From Camelus ferus (taxonomy: Eukaryota): 64,000 nucleotides of DNA. The notes under the pieces are model-generated. The model did no database searches, was not told where the DNA came from, and saw nothing but the letters and a program-made list of their open reading frames with translations. Every line of letters begins with the position of its first letter. The stretch's first letter is position 1. Below, one piece after another: positions 40,801 through 54,300 of this stretch. Location of the stretch: assembly GCF_009834535.1 (NCBI RefSeq), contig NC_045717.1:26474001-26538000 (forward strand). Reading direction: 5' to 3'. The position numbers and the translations under genes are program-made.

Positions 40801-42301
40801 GATGCCCAGTCAGGTGGGGGCCTGGGCCTCCGCTTCCGCCGCGGCCGCGCTCGGGGCCGGCCGGGGGCAGCAGCCGCAGCTCCACGTCCTTCTGCACGTA
40901 GAGCTCATGCAGGGCCAGCGCACTGAGGCTGGAGGCGCAGGAGAAGTTCTCATCCGGCTTCTCCACCGTGAAGCGCACGCTGCCCGCGTCCAGCTCGGAC
41001 GGCAGCCGGCAGCGCTCCCGGCAGTCGGCGATGTCCAGGAAGCGCTTCACGTAGCTCTCCCACTGCAGGCTGAACTGGGTGGCCTCCCGCTCACCTGGTG
41101 GTGCCAGGGCCAGTGGCGGCGTCTTGCTGCGGCTTGGCGGCATGGTCTGCCCGGGGCTGTCGGGCAGCTCACTGGGGCTGACCGTGCCACTGCCCAGCCC
41201 ACTGCACGGGTCACTGGGGATGGAGCTGGCGATGGACGGGCTCTCAAAGCTGCCCAGCGAGCTGACGGAGCTGCAGCGGCTCAGCACCAGCGGTGTCTCC
41301 TGCACACAGTTCTCAGATGAGCTTGAGGGTGTGGCATCCTCCACCCCCAGCCCACGACCCTGCCGGGGCACCGGGATGGCCATAGGCAGCGAGGCAGTCC
41401 CCGGCCCTCGCCAGACCCCGTCCAGCTCTGCCTTTCTGGGGCCAGCCTCCTCCAGCCCCTCCAGGGACGAATCACTGTCGTCCAGGTCCCCAGCCTCACT
41501 GTGGCCCGGGTGGCCGGCCGAAGACAGTGAGGACAGGGAGCTGCAGCGGGACAGGCAGAGAGGTGTGGCCTCGGCCACCAGCTTCTTGGGGACCTTGCTC
41601 AGGCCCTCTGTGGGCAGCCAGGCCTGTTTCCGGGCCCCAGATGCCAGGGGCGCAGTGCCCTCAAGCAGTGGCACGTGTTGGTAGGTGGGTGACAGCTTGA
41701 TGGTGCGCACTTGGGCATCGGTGGCCACGCTGTGCCGGGCTGCTGGCTCAGCCTGGCTGCCGGGCAGGTGGAGGTCAAGCCGGCTCGGCCGCTCCTGGCT
41801 ACACAAGGGACCCTCTCGGTGCTCCACCAGCGCCGCCAGCTGGCTGGGCCTCGAGTGCCCGTCGCTAGTGCTACCGCTGTTAAGACTGTCGTTGGAGAGG
41901 CTGGCGTGGGCCGCCTTGAGCCGCAGCAGCGGGTGAGCTCGGCTGCCGGCCTCCCGCCGCCCACCCTCCGGCCCCCGGCAAGGGGAGCAGGATTGTGCAC
42001 GCCCCTCCCTCGGAGCTTCCTGTCCGGGGTCCCCAGAGCTGAGGCTGAAGCTGTCGTCGGACGAGGTGTGGAGGGCCGAGATGTCCTCCACCAGCCGGTT
42101 GATCCGTGCTACCGCCAGCGCCAGCTTGGCCTTGGCCCTGGCCGCCACTGCTGCCTCCCTGCCGGCCTCCTTCTCTGTCTCCAGGCCACCACGGCGGGCG
42201 GGCGGGGCGCGGGCCAGCGCCTGCCCCTGCAGGAAGGGGCTGCCCAGGAAGAGGGACAGCACCGCGGGGCTGGCAGGCTCAGTGGTGGCGGTGGCGGTGG
42301 C

Positions 42302-42347
<46 letters not shown>

Positions 42348-45300
42348 GCCAGGGAGGGTGCGTCGTCGTCGTCGAAGCAGCCCGAGTCAGAGGCGTAGTC
42401 CTGGGCCAGGCCATCCAGGTGCCGCAGGGGCGGCAGGGGCTTCTTGGAAGAGGCCTCGGCCTCGGCCTCGGGTGGGCCCTGTTTCTCCAGGTGGTCAAGC
42501 GCCTGGGCCAGGTGCCGCGCGTCCAGCTCGGCCTCCAGCGCGCGCTGCTTCCGCACGTACAGGCTGGGCGCGCAGGCGCCGGGGGAGACGGCGGTGGCGG
42601 CCGCCTGGTACTTGGCCGGCCGGTGGGCCAGCAGGTTGCGCAGGGCGGCAGCGCTGCCCATGGCGATCATCTTGTGCTTGGAGTGCACCAGGTTGCGCAG
42701 CATGCCCACGGCGCCCAGGTCCCACAGCAGCTCCTGGTCGCGGGGGCTGCGGGCCGACAGGTTCCACAGCGTGCCACACGCGTTGCTCACGATGGTCAGG
42801 CTGTGCGATGTCAGGTGCTGCAGCAGCGTCTGCAGGCAGTTGTGGTCCCGCAGCACCTGCCTGTGGAGGAGCGGTCAGGCCCCACCCGCTGCCCCGCCCG
42901 GACCGCCCGCATCCCACCAGCAGCGAAAAGGAGGTGCCCAGGTAACTTTGAATTTCAGGAAAGAGATTAAATATTTAGTATATCTCAAATATCAAATGGG
43001 CTGTGCTAAAACTTTTATTTATTAATAGCAATGAAATACTTATTAAATAAAATAATGCTAACATAGCAATAATTCTCTTTTTAAAAAATAATGGTTATCT
43101 TTTAAAGTGAATAGTTCTAGTATATCTCATTTTAATGCACCTAAGCCTTGTGATGTTTGGGGTATGCTAAAGACTGATTTTTGCTTGCTTTAAAAAATAC
43201 TTTTTATTAATTTATTAGCATTATTTAATAAATTGAAAAAAATTTTTTAATTGAAGCATAGTTGACTTTACAATGTTGTGTTAGTTTCTGGTGTAAAGCA
43301 AAGTGACTCAGTTTCACATAATATATATTCTTTTTCATTACAGGTTATTACAAGATATTGAATGTAGTTCCCTGTTGTTTATCTATTTTGTATATAGCAG
43401 TTTGTAGCTGCTAATCCCAGACTCCTAATTTATCCCTTCCCCCTACTTCCCCTTTGGTAACAGTAAGTTTGTTTTCTCTGTGTCTCTGTTTTGTAAGTAA
43501 GTTCATTTGCATCATATTTTAAATTTGGCATATAAGTGGTATCATATAATATCTGTTTTTGTCTGNNNNNNNNNNNNNNNNNNNNNNNNNNNNNNNNNNN
43601 NNNNNNNNNNNNNNNNNNNNNNNNNNNNNNNNNNNNNNNNNNNNNNNNNNNNNNNNNNNNNNNNNNNNNNNNNNNNNNNNNNNNNNNNNNNNNNNNNNNN
43701 NNNNNNNNNNNNNNNNNNNNNNNNNNNNNNNNNNNNNNNNNNNNNNNNNNNNNNNNNNNNTCTTTTCAAATTAGAGTTTTCTCTGGGTGTGTGCCCAGGA
43801 GTGGGATAGCTGGATCATACGGCAAGCCTATTTTTAGTTTTTTAAGGAATCTCCATACTGTTTTCCATAATGGCTGCACGAAACTACACTCCCACCAATA
43901 GTGTAGGAGGGCTCCCTTTTCTCCACACCCTCTCCAGCGTTTATTGTGGATTTTTGAATAATGGTCATTCTGATTGGTGTGAGGTGATGCGTCACTGTGG
44001 CTTTGATTTGCTTTTCTCTGATAATTAGGGATGTTGAGCATCTTTTCACGTGCCTGTTGGCCATCTAGATGTTTTCTTTGGAGAAATGTCTATGTAGGTC
44101 TTCTGCCCGTTTTTTGATTGGGTTGTTTGTTTCTTTGTATTGAGTTGTATGAGCTGTTTGTATATTCTGGAAGTGAAGCCCTTGTCAGTCACACCACTTG
44201 CAAGTATTTTCTTCCAGTCTGTAGGTTGTCTTTTTGTTCTGTTTATGGTTTCCTTTGTTGTTTGTTTTTGCTTTTATTTCTATTGCCTGGGTAGACTGAA
44301 CTAGGAGAACCCTGCTATGATTTATGTCAGAGAATGTTTTGCCTGTGTTCTTGTCTAGATTTATGGTGTCCTGTCTTATGTTTAAGTCTTTAAGCCATTT
44401 TGAGTTTATTTCTGTGTATGGCGTGAGGGAGTGTTCTAACGTCACTGATTTGCATGCAGCTGTCCAGCTTTCCCAGCGCCTCTTGCCAAAGGGATTGTCC
44501 TTTCCCCATTGTATAATCTTGCCTCTTTTGTCAAAGAGTAACTGAGCACAGGTGTGTGGGTTTATTTCTGGGCTCTCTGTTTGGCCCCTTGATCCATAGG
44601 TCTGTTATTGTGCCAACATCATGCTGTTTTGACTCCTGTAACTTTGCAGTATTGTCAGAAGTCTGGGAGGGCTATGCTTCCAGTTTCGTTCTTTTTCCTA
44701 AAAGTATTGTTTTGGCAGTTCTGGGTCTTTTGTGATTCCATATAAATTTTAGGATTATTTGTTTTAGTTTTGTGAAAAATGTCCTGGGTAATTTGATAGA
44801 GATCGCATTAAATCTGTAAGGGTTGCTTTGGGTAGCACGGCCGTTTTACCACTGTTAACGCTTCCAATCCAAGGGCATGGGGTGTCTTCCCATTCCTTTC
44901 AGCCATCTTTAACTCCCTTAGTCAGTGTTCGCCAGGTCTCAGGGTGTGCATCATCTTTCACCTCCTCGGTCAGGCGTGTTCCTAAGTACTTTTTTGATCC
45001 AGTTTTTAAGAGGGATTGTTTCTTTGCTCTCCTTCCCTGCCATTGCACTGTTAGTGTGAAGCGGGGTAGATTTCTGTACGTTGCCTTGCGTCCTGCTGCC
45101 TTGCTGGATTCTTTCAGCGGCTCTAGTCGTTCTTGCGTGGCGCCTTCAGGGCTTTCTGTCTATAGCATCATGTCGTCTGCGTCTAGGGACAGTTCTGCCT
45201 CTTCCCTTCCAGTTTGGACCCCTTCTCTTTCTTCCTCTCGCCTGGTTGCTGTGGCCAGGACTTCCAGCCCTGTGTTGACTAGAAGCGGTGAGAGTGGGCG

Positions 45301-48300
45301 TCCTTGTCCTGTTCCAGATGTTAGCGGAAAGGCTTTCGGATTCTCACCGCTGAGCACTATGCTGGCTGCAGGTTTGTCATAAATGGCCTTTGTTATGCTG
45401 AGATATGTTCCCTCTCTACCCACTTTGGTGAGAGTGTTTGTCATGAATGGATGTTGCCTTTTATCAAATGCTTTTTCTGCATCTATGGAGATGACTGTGT
45501 GGTTTTTGTCTTTTGTTGATACAGTGTATCACACTGATTTGCAAACAAATTTTTATTTTGATAAAATCTTTAGCACAAGTATATCCTGGGATATACTAAA
45601 AAAAGTGTTTTCATACATTGAAGCATTACTTATTATTAGTCTTAAGTGATATTTTATTTAATAAATAATAAGCTTTACTGTTATCTAAAAAAATGGTACG
45701 TTTTTATTTGAATAAAGGAAAATTCAATGTAAGTATATCCCTTGCAATATTTGGTATATACTTACACTAAAAAACATATGTATTTGCCTACATTAGAAGC
45801 ATTATTTATTATTGTTACCTAGTAAGTAATAAATGCTTGTTATTCAAGTAATGTTTATTAACACTATTTAGTGAATATTGTATTTATTTTCATAAAGAAT
45901 ATTATTTTTTAGAAAATCATATATTTTGTATGAATTGATTTAAAATTTAGTACAAGTATATCCCATGCAATCTTTAGGATACACTTACACTAAAAAGATT
46001 TATGTATTTGCATACATTAGAAGCATTACTTATTATAAATGTTAACTACTAAATAATAAATATATTAATAAAGAATAGTGTTTACTTATTAATATTACTC
46101 AGTGAATAATATTTTCATGAAGAACAAATATTCATTAATATTATTTAGAAAATTGCATGTATTTTTACTAAACTAACGTAAAATTTAGTCTCCGTGTAGC
46201 CCATGTAATATTTGGGATATGTTTACACTAGAATAGTCCCCAGGGACAGGTCGGGACCACCCGTCTGCAGGAGGACGGAGGGCGGCCCTCCGCACCGGCC
46301 CACCGCAAGCCGCCCCCGCCCCAAGGGCCCACCGTCCCCGCGCCCTCCCCGTGCTGCCCCCAGGGCGGCGGGGCCGACCTGTAGTCCTCGCGGGTGGCGA
46401 CGAGGCTGGACACGTTGCGCAGGATGCCGCCGCCGCTCTCGATGATGGCCAGCGAGTTGCTCTGGCACTTGTAGGTCAGTGTGCTCACCAGGAAGCCCAG
46501 GGCGCCGTCCACCTGGCAGATGGCGGCCTTGTTCTCCGTGCTGTGCGCTGAGAGGTTCCACAGGGCGCTAAGCACGCTCTTTAGGGTGGACTCCTGGGCA
46601 CAGGGAGGAGCGGGAGGGGGTCAGCAGTGAGGGCCCCAGGCCCAGCCCCACCGCAGGGACCCTCCCCATTGAGGCAGCGACAAATAACACCCAAACGCGT
46701 TTTTAAGTAAAAGTAAAAAGTAATGGGATCCACCATCCCCTGGTTGGAAGCCCCAGGCCTGGACCACCTGCCAAGTGGCAGGTGGTTTGGCTTGATTTCC
46801 TCCCAAGGCAGAGAACTCACCACCAGCCGCCAGTGCCTACCTGCCCCCTGGCTCGCGCTTAGCAGCCTTGGCGGCCCCCTTTCCCCCGGCCCCAGCCCAG
46901 CGCCCCAGCCGGCGCCCACCTTGGTGGCTCGCAGGACGCACTGCGTCAGGGCAGTCATGCTGCCCACCTCCCTCAGCACCTTCTTGCTGTTGATGTCAGC
47001 CCGCCAGGACAGGTTCCGCAGGATGCTGGACACCACCTGCGCAGGCGCAGAGCAGGAACCTTGGGCCTGGGCCAGGCTCCAGAGGCAGCCCCGCCCCTGC
47101 CCTTGACCCTGCCGCCAGCAGCGGACACTACACCGAGGGGCCACCCTCCGGGTACCTGGTGGAGCTCCTCGCTCTCAGATGCCAGCTGGGCCACGATGGC
47201 CTCCATGCAGCCCCGGCGGGCGCACAGCGTGGCCTGTGGGTGACGCAGGAAAGTCACGCTGCGGCAGGAGGGCCGCCTCCCACGCTAATGGAGTACTTAC
47301 TGTGTGCTAGCATTTGGACCCCAACCTCCCATCTTCACCATCACGGGGGAGGGGGAGGGAGCAGTCGCCCTTCAGATGCGGAAACTGAGGCTCCGGAGGC
47401 ACAGACACCAGCCCCACCCCAACCCCCGCCTACCCAGAGGTGCCCCTCTGGGGGCAGCAGCAGAGCGGCCAAGGCAGGCAGTCCTGCCTGAGGGAGGCTC
47501 TGGGCCTCAGTCTCCCCACCTGTAAATTGGGAACACCTTTCCCCACTTCCCAGTGCTACTTTGAGGCAGGGATGAGGACAAAGGGGGCTTAGACCTGAGG
47601 GGCTGCTGCCCCGCCGCCTGCCCAGGCACCTTGTTGGCAACATCCCCGAAGGTGAGGTTGGTGAGTGTCATGCCAGCATATCGGCGCAGGGCCAGGTTCA
47701 GAGGATCCTGGGTCATCTTGTGCATCTCGTAGTCAACCTGCAGTAACTCCGCCACGGCCTGCAGCCCACCTGGGGGGACACGGCAGCGCTGGGGGCGGGC
47801 GAGCATCCCAAACCACCTGCCCTCCTCCCAGCCTCTGCCCACACAGTTCATCTGGTTAGACATCCTCCCCTCCATCCCACTGCCAGATCAGCTCTCCCCC
47901 AGGTTCACCTTTGAAGCCCAACTCTGGGGACACCACCTCCAGGCAGCCTACCACCAGTCAGGCTGCCCTGCAGCACCACACTCGCCTCCTTTCTGCCCTC
48001 AGCCTTCAGTCACACTTCATCTGCGGGGCCTTTGCACATGCTGCTCCTTGTGCCTGGATGCTGTTCCCTGCTATTCACCCAGTCTCCTGGGTCCCCTTCT
48101 GCTCAAGAGTCACCTGCTCAGGGAAGCCCCGTGACTCCCCAGATGAGAAGCCCCTAAGACCATTAGACCATGAGCCACTGAGGGCAGGACCGGGTGCCTG
48201 TGACCTGCACACACAATTCTTCACTCACTAGGAAAAGGATTTTCACTTTACAAAGAGAATGAATGTTGGGGAGGAGAATGGTCAGCGTGAGTAGAAAGGA

Positions 48301-51300
48301 AAGAACCCGCAGGAACCAAAACACCAGCTGCCACCCCCACCCCCTACTCAGCAATGGCTCCTCCTGTGCTGGACAAGCAATTTTGCTGATGGGCCTGCCG
48401 GTAAGGAGCACCCTGGGGAAGGCAGGCAGCCACACAAACCAGAAAACTCCCAAAGTGAGCCACACATGCACGTGCACAGCACGAGTCACGACAGCCAGAA
48501 GGTGGCAACAACTCCAGGGTCCATCAACAGATGACAGACACACACCGTGTCCCTCCCCACGTGGGAGGTCACTCAGCCACAAAAAGGGGAGAAGCCCTGA
48601 CGCCCACTCCCGCGTGGACGGACCCCGAGAGCACGGTGCTCAGGGAGAGCAGCAGACACAGAAGGACACACAGCGTGTGAGTCCACGGATGTGAGACGTC
48701 CAGAACAGGCCAGTCCGCAGGGACAGAGAGGGGGGCTCCTGGTTGTCAGGGCTGGGGAGGGGGAGGGGGAGTCAGTGTTTAATGTGGACAAAGGTTCAGT
48801 TTGGGAAGGTGAGAAAGTGCTGGAGAAAAGTGCTGGGGTTGCTGGCACAACATGGATGTACTTAATGCCACTGAGCTGTGCCCTTAAACATGGCTAAGAT
48901 GGTGAATTTTATACATTTTACCACATTTATATAATACATACACATTTTACCACAATCGCATTTTACCACAGTTTTAAAAATGTTTAAATACATAACTAGA
49001 AGTTGAGGGGGGGAAATTCCAAAGGCTTTTTGCTTCTTAATGTAGAAACTCCACTCCTGGGAACCCACACAAAGGAAAAAAATAACAGAAAAAAAAAAAA
49101 AAAAAAAAGAGTGAACTGAGCTGAGCTATGGGTGGAGCACTTTTCCGGGAACCAAGGGACTGCTCACCTGAGTGGGGCCCTGGCCACCAGTGGCAAGCAA
49201 GCATTTTGGTCTTGGGACCCCTGCACACTCTGAACATTTTTTGAGGACCCCAGAGAGTTTTCGTTCAGGTGGGTTACAGCTCACAAAATTTACCAGACTA
49301 GAAACTAAAATGGAGAAACCTCTGAACCCCAGAACGCGCAGCCCAGGGGTCCTCAGAGTCGGAGGGTCTGGAAAACCCCACTGGACACGTGCACATGAGA
49401 GAACGAGCATGGAAAAGGCCGGTTGTTAGCTTACCCACATAACAGTGACTTTGCAGACCTCTTGGAAGGACCTTGGTAGCCCCCAGGGGCCCCGGGACCC
49501 CGCCGTGAGAACCGCTGTTTTATCCCGTGAAAGGGGCACGTGTTCCTAGTGTGCGTTTGTCAGAAGGGGTTGCCATGAAACTGGAAATTCTCCTTCCTGC
49601 CCCTCATCGCTGGCGGGGAGGACAGCCCCTGTTCTCTGGGTTTACTGTCCTCCCGTTGACCCGCGGAGAACTGAAGAAGTCTGTCTAAAGGGCCGCTGCG
49701 TCCGACCCCAGCCCCCTGCCGTCGGGCACTCCTGCTGTGTCGGGGTGGGGGTGTCACTTGGGTGGGTGGCTGCCTTGCTTGTTTCTCTGCGCCTCTGTAG
49801 GTAAATCCAGCCAGAGGATAAACCCCCAGCTGGGGTGGGGGGAGACTCGAGGCGTCTCCTCTCTTAGAGTGTCCGTTATTCCAAATGCCCCTGGAGGAGG
49901 CGGGGTATAGCTCAGGGGTACAGAGTGAAAAGCTCCCACTTAGCATGCCTGAGGTCCTTGGGTCAATCCCCAGTACCTCCACTATATATATATAAATAAA
50001 AGTCAGGACAAAACCGCCCCTTCAGAAAGCTCTCCTCCACTGGGTTCGAACCCGTTTCTACACGGGGTAGGGGCCACAATGAGATCCTACAAAACTGGGC
50101 GCTTTGACCACATGCTGGGTGAGAAGTGGTTGCCTCATTTTGTAACCATTAGAGTCAAGCTGAGCACACTGACGGGATTTTTGGCCCTTGGTCTTTCCGT
50201 TCCCACATTTCCAGTATTGTTATGTGGAGGAAGAGCTGCGGGTAACGCCAACGCTCGCAAACCTCAACTTCACAGGGCGGCCCCGCCCTGCCCCGCCCTG
50301 GAGCTCTGAGCACTGAGCTGGAACCTTCCCTCTGCAGTTGGCTTTCTGGCCTCTTCGCTGTTCTCTGAGCCTCAGGACCACAAGGGCTGAGAGCCTGCCC
50401 TGGTCTGAACGAAGCACGGAGGCCTCGCGCCAAATGCGGGTGGGGCTGCGCTCAGGGCGGAGGGTGGGCACTCACCCAGCTCGTTCATGGCCCGGCGGTA
50501 CTCCTCGTCGAACGACAGCTTCATCACAGCACAGGTGGCCTGGCAGATCTGTGGCTCGATGGGGACCGGGGCTGTGGGCGAAGGGACCAGGTCAGAGCCC
50601 TCCCACTCCAGGCAATGTCTCCTGGCCCCTCCCCAAAGTCTCCACCCCTCCGGCCTGCAAAGACTCCAGAGCTTTCCAAACTGCTGCTGGCTGGGCATGT
50701 GGGGGTCACCCCTAGAGCAGCAGGCCTCCTTCACGGACCCTCTGAAGTGAATGAGGAGATGCCTGCCTTCCCTGGCCTGGTGCTCAGCATCTGATACTAA
50801 CTTTGCTGGTGGGGGGCGGGTGTAGCTCAAGTGGTAGACCACATGCTTAGCATGAGTGAGGTCCTGGGTTCAATTCCCATACATCCTCTAAAAATAGGTA
50901 AATAAATAGACCTAATTATCTCCCTTCCCCTCCTAAATAAATAAATAAATCCAAATTTAAAAATTAAAAAAAAAAAAACCCATTTTGCAGCCCCCTGCAA
51001 AAATTTGGAATCTCAAACTCTGCGTCCACGTTTCCAGGGTGACCCACAATCCAGCCATGCAATCAGTGACTGCTTCCTGAGCATCTGCCCTGTGGCGGCA
51101 GCGCTAGGGTGTCATTTTTAGGGGCTATCCCTTTGCCAGTCTGTCCTCACAGGTTCCCACAAGGCCTCTGCTGGCGGGTGGCACAGAGCAAGGCTAAAGC
51201 CAGAGGCTGTCCTTACTGCTAACGGCATTGCCCCACCACCCGGGAAGCCGGGGCTGCATGTCCATCGCACAGAAGCTGCACACTCACCGCCGCTTCCCTC

Positions 51301-54300
51301 GGGCCCGCCGTCCCGGGCCTGCAGCCAGTCCCAGCAGGTCTCACAGTAGGCGCGGATCTGCTCCAGCACGTGCAGGACACGCATTTCCTTGCGCGCCAGG
51401 CCCTGGTCCGGCTGGGAGAAGACGAATGTTGTGCAGCGCTGCGTTGGCGCGCATACGTGCGTCCTTGGCTCCCGGCGCCCCAGGGTTCCCGTGGCGGCCC
51501 CCAGCCCCCGCCTCGGTGCCGGTGCCGTGCAGGATCTGCAGCAGCAGCAGGTAGGCAGCCCGAGCGGCGCATGGCCACACAACTCTCAGGTGAGCTGGAC
51601 ATGGCGAGCAGCGTGCGGGCTGTGTCCTCCTGGTCACGCGTCGCCAGCATGGACAGAAGCCAAAAGACCACCTCCACCTGCGAGGGGCAGGAGACATCAG
51701 GGTGGGACTCCTGCTTGGATCGCCTGGCCCCAGTCAGCCCACCTGCACTCCCCAGCCAGGGGCAGCCAACAACGGCCCTGGTGACTCCTTCTCAGCAGGC
51801 GGGAGTCTAACGATTCAGCCAGGAGAGCCTCGCGCTCATCATCCCAGACCCTGGCTGTGCATCCTGCGGGGCGCACACACCCACATATTACTGCAGAAAT
51901 GCCCCCAGCCCCTGAGGGCCAAATGCCCACCCCATCGACCTCACCAGGTACTCCTAGGGTTGGCCCCCATCTACGTCTAGAGCACCCTCCAAATATGCAG
52001 AACAGGTATCCACACCCACCCCACCAGGCTCCAGACCACAACCGCGCCTCACCATGCACTCCAACTCAGGGTGACCCTCCACACCTGGGGAAGCTTTACG
52101 GCGGCACGGGGAGGACAGGGGTGCAGGACCCACTTGGCTGTGTATACCAACCACTCCCCCCACCCCACCTCTCAGCTTCCCCCCACCTGTACTCCCCTCA
52201 CCTTGCTGTTGCCTGGCTGAGGGGCACCATCCTCAGGGTGCGTGGGGACCTCCGTCTCAGGGTCCTCGTCCATTGGCACTGACTTCACTGCCAGTAAGGC
52301 CTGTGGGGAGAAAGCCAGGCCTGGGGGCTCAGCCCCAGGGCACCCCACAAAGCGCCCAGGCTGCTGATGCCGTTCGCACACCCGTGACATTGTGGTGGGG
52401 GCAGCAGACGGATTACAGCACCCTGAGCAAGGCCCTGGACCCCTTGCTGCCTGGGGCTGCTGCCGGCCCTGAGGACCCTGGCTCCACCCCTCCTGGTACC
52501 TGGGGCTCCGTCTGCTGCACTCTGTCCTGAGCTGACAGCAGTTCCTTGTCGATCTGCTCCAGGCGGGAAGCACGGATCTGCAGGGGAGAAAGTGCAGGCT
52601 GCGGGCCTCCCACCCAGGCTCTGACTCTGCCTACCCCCCAATCTGGCCTCGCCTCCAGTCCAAATCCGGCCCCATGCTCTGACTCCCCTCAGTCCCTGGT
52701 AGGGCCCCGCCCGTTGCCCAAACCCTACCCTTGGCCCTGACTCCGCCTCCTCCTTGATACAGCCCACCCACCCTAAACCCTACCCAGTTAGTTATCTACT
52801 CCACCCTCTGCCTGGCCCCACCCAAGGGCCAACTCTCAACCGCAGGGGCTGGCTCCGCCCACTATTTAGACCCCACCTCGTCCTCCAGGCCTTCCTGACT
52901 TTGTCCGCCACTGACTATCAACTCCCAAGTCTTGTCCGGATGCAGCTCGTCGCCCTGTCCGCCCCATCCCCATCGCTGTTGGACTCTGCCCTCCGAGCCT
53001 GGTGCTGCCCTAAGCACCCCCTGCCTCCACCCACAACCAGCTCTAGCTCTGGCTCCGCCTCCTGAGCCAGACCCCACCCACAGGAGTCTCTGCCCTCTGA
53101 TTCGCCCACAGGCATATAACCCCGCCTACTAACCCAGACCACTCCCACAACAATCTCAGCGCTCTGATTCGCCCGCTGGTTCATAGCCCCGCCCCCACGG
53201 CACCTGCGCCCGCTGCACCATCTCGTCCGAGGTGCCGAAGCGCTCCTCCATCAGCGAGCGGATGTGCTGCGCCTCGAACTCCAGCTGTTGACGGATCAGG
53301 TCCATCTGCATCGAGAACTGCTGGGAGGGGCAAGTGGGCCGCAGTGAGGGGACGCCCGGACGGGGCCGGGGCCTCCCCTCCGCTCCCCTCGCGGTGGGCG
53401 GGGCGAGCACTGCAGACCCCTGGGCACCTTCCTGCCCGCTCACCGTCTCCACGTGCGGGAGCTCGTCCAGGCGCTTGGACAGGCCCTGCAGCTGCGAGTA
53501 ATACCAGAGCTTCTCCTTTTCCTCCTTCTCAATCTCGTTCAACAGGAAACACCTAGGGGGAGGGCAGGTCGGTGGGCCCCGGCTCACAGTGCCGGAGCCC
53601 TGGCCTGTGTGCTGTTTATTCTGATTTTCCTAATCACTTGTTGGGTGCTTACTGTGTGCCAGGTTTAATAAACACTGTGGCAAAGTCTCGCCCGTGGCCC
53701 TGCCGGTCCCAGGTGGGAATGGGGTACGGAAATTAATTGAAAGGAGAGAAAGTAGCTCCTTTGTAAATCCTGGTCCTCGGAGAAAAACTGAGGCGGCGGT
53801 TCTGACTCTAACACCTCTCCAAGCCCGGCTAGTCTCCCGGTAGCCTACACGGGGCAAACGCCAGGCTCGGGCTGCTCGAGGTGCAATAGACTCCCCCTCT
53901 TCACGCCCTGTGCACAGACCCTGCTGTTCTCATCTCACAGAGCGGAAGTCTGAGGCTGGGGAGGCGTTAGTGTTCTTGCTTGACAGCAGAGAGTGGACTT
54001 AACTCCGGGCTGCTCCGGGACTGCTGCATCTGACCCCACACAACCTGGCGGAGTGAGCTAGGCACCCGGACCCTGCCTCCTTCCGGCTCCAGGCCCTGGT
54101 CTCTTGCGCTGCAGTCCTTTCTCCACAAAGGCCGCCTTGAGTCCTTCTGGCTCCAGGCCTGACTCTGAGGCCTGGCATTGGACACAGCCCTGTCCCCGGA
54201 GACGCCTGCATGTCGGGGCCCATGGGGACATCTCCCAGGAGCCTTCCCCTCTGCCAGGAATGGCCCCCTCCCCTTTGTCCTCCAGCTGAGGTTAGCTGGG

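Noticed and set aside
37983-43025. Many long + strand ORFs (up to 419 aa) opposite APC2 exon 15
   Set aside because: Shadow ORFs expected from GC-rich codon usage on the antisense strand; no recognisable domains or splice structure.
43566-43760. Second N gap
   Set aside because: It lies inside the L1 3' region. APC2 exons 14 and 15 join in frame across it, so no exon is missing.
50043-50053. Isolated perfect B-box GGTTCGAACCC
   Set aside because: No A-box or tRNA body at proper spacing and it sits beside a SINE; an 11-mer is too little to call a Pol III or TFIIIC element.
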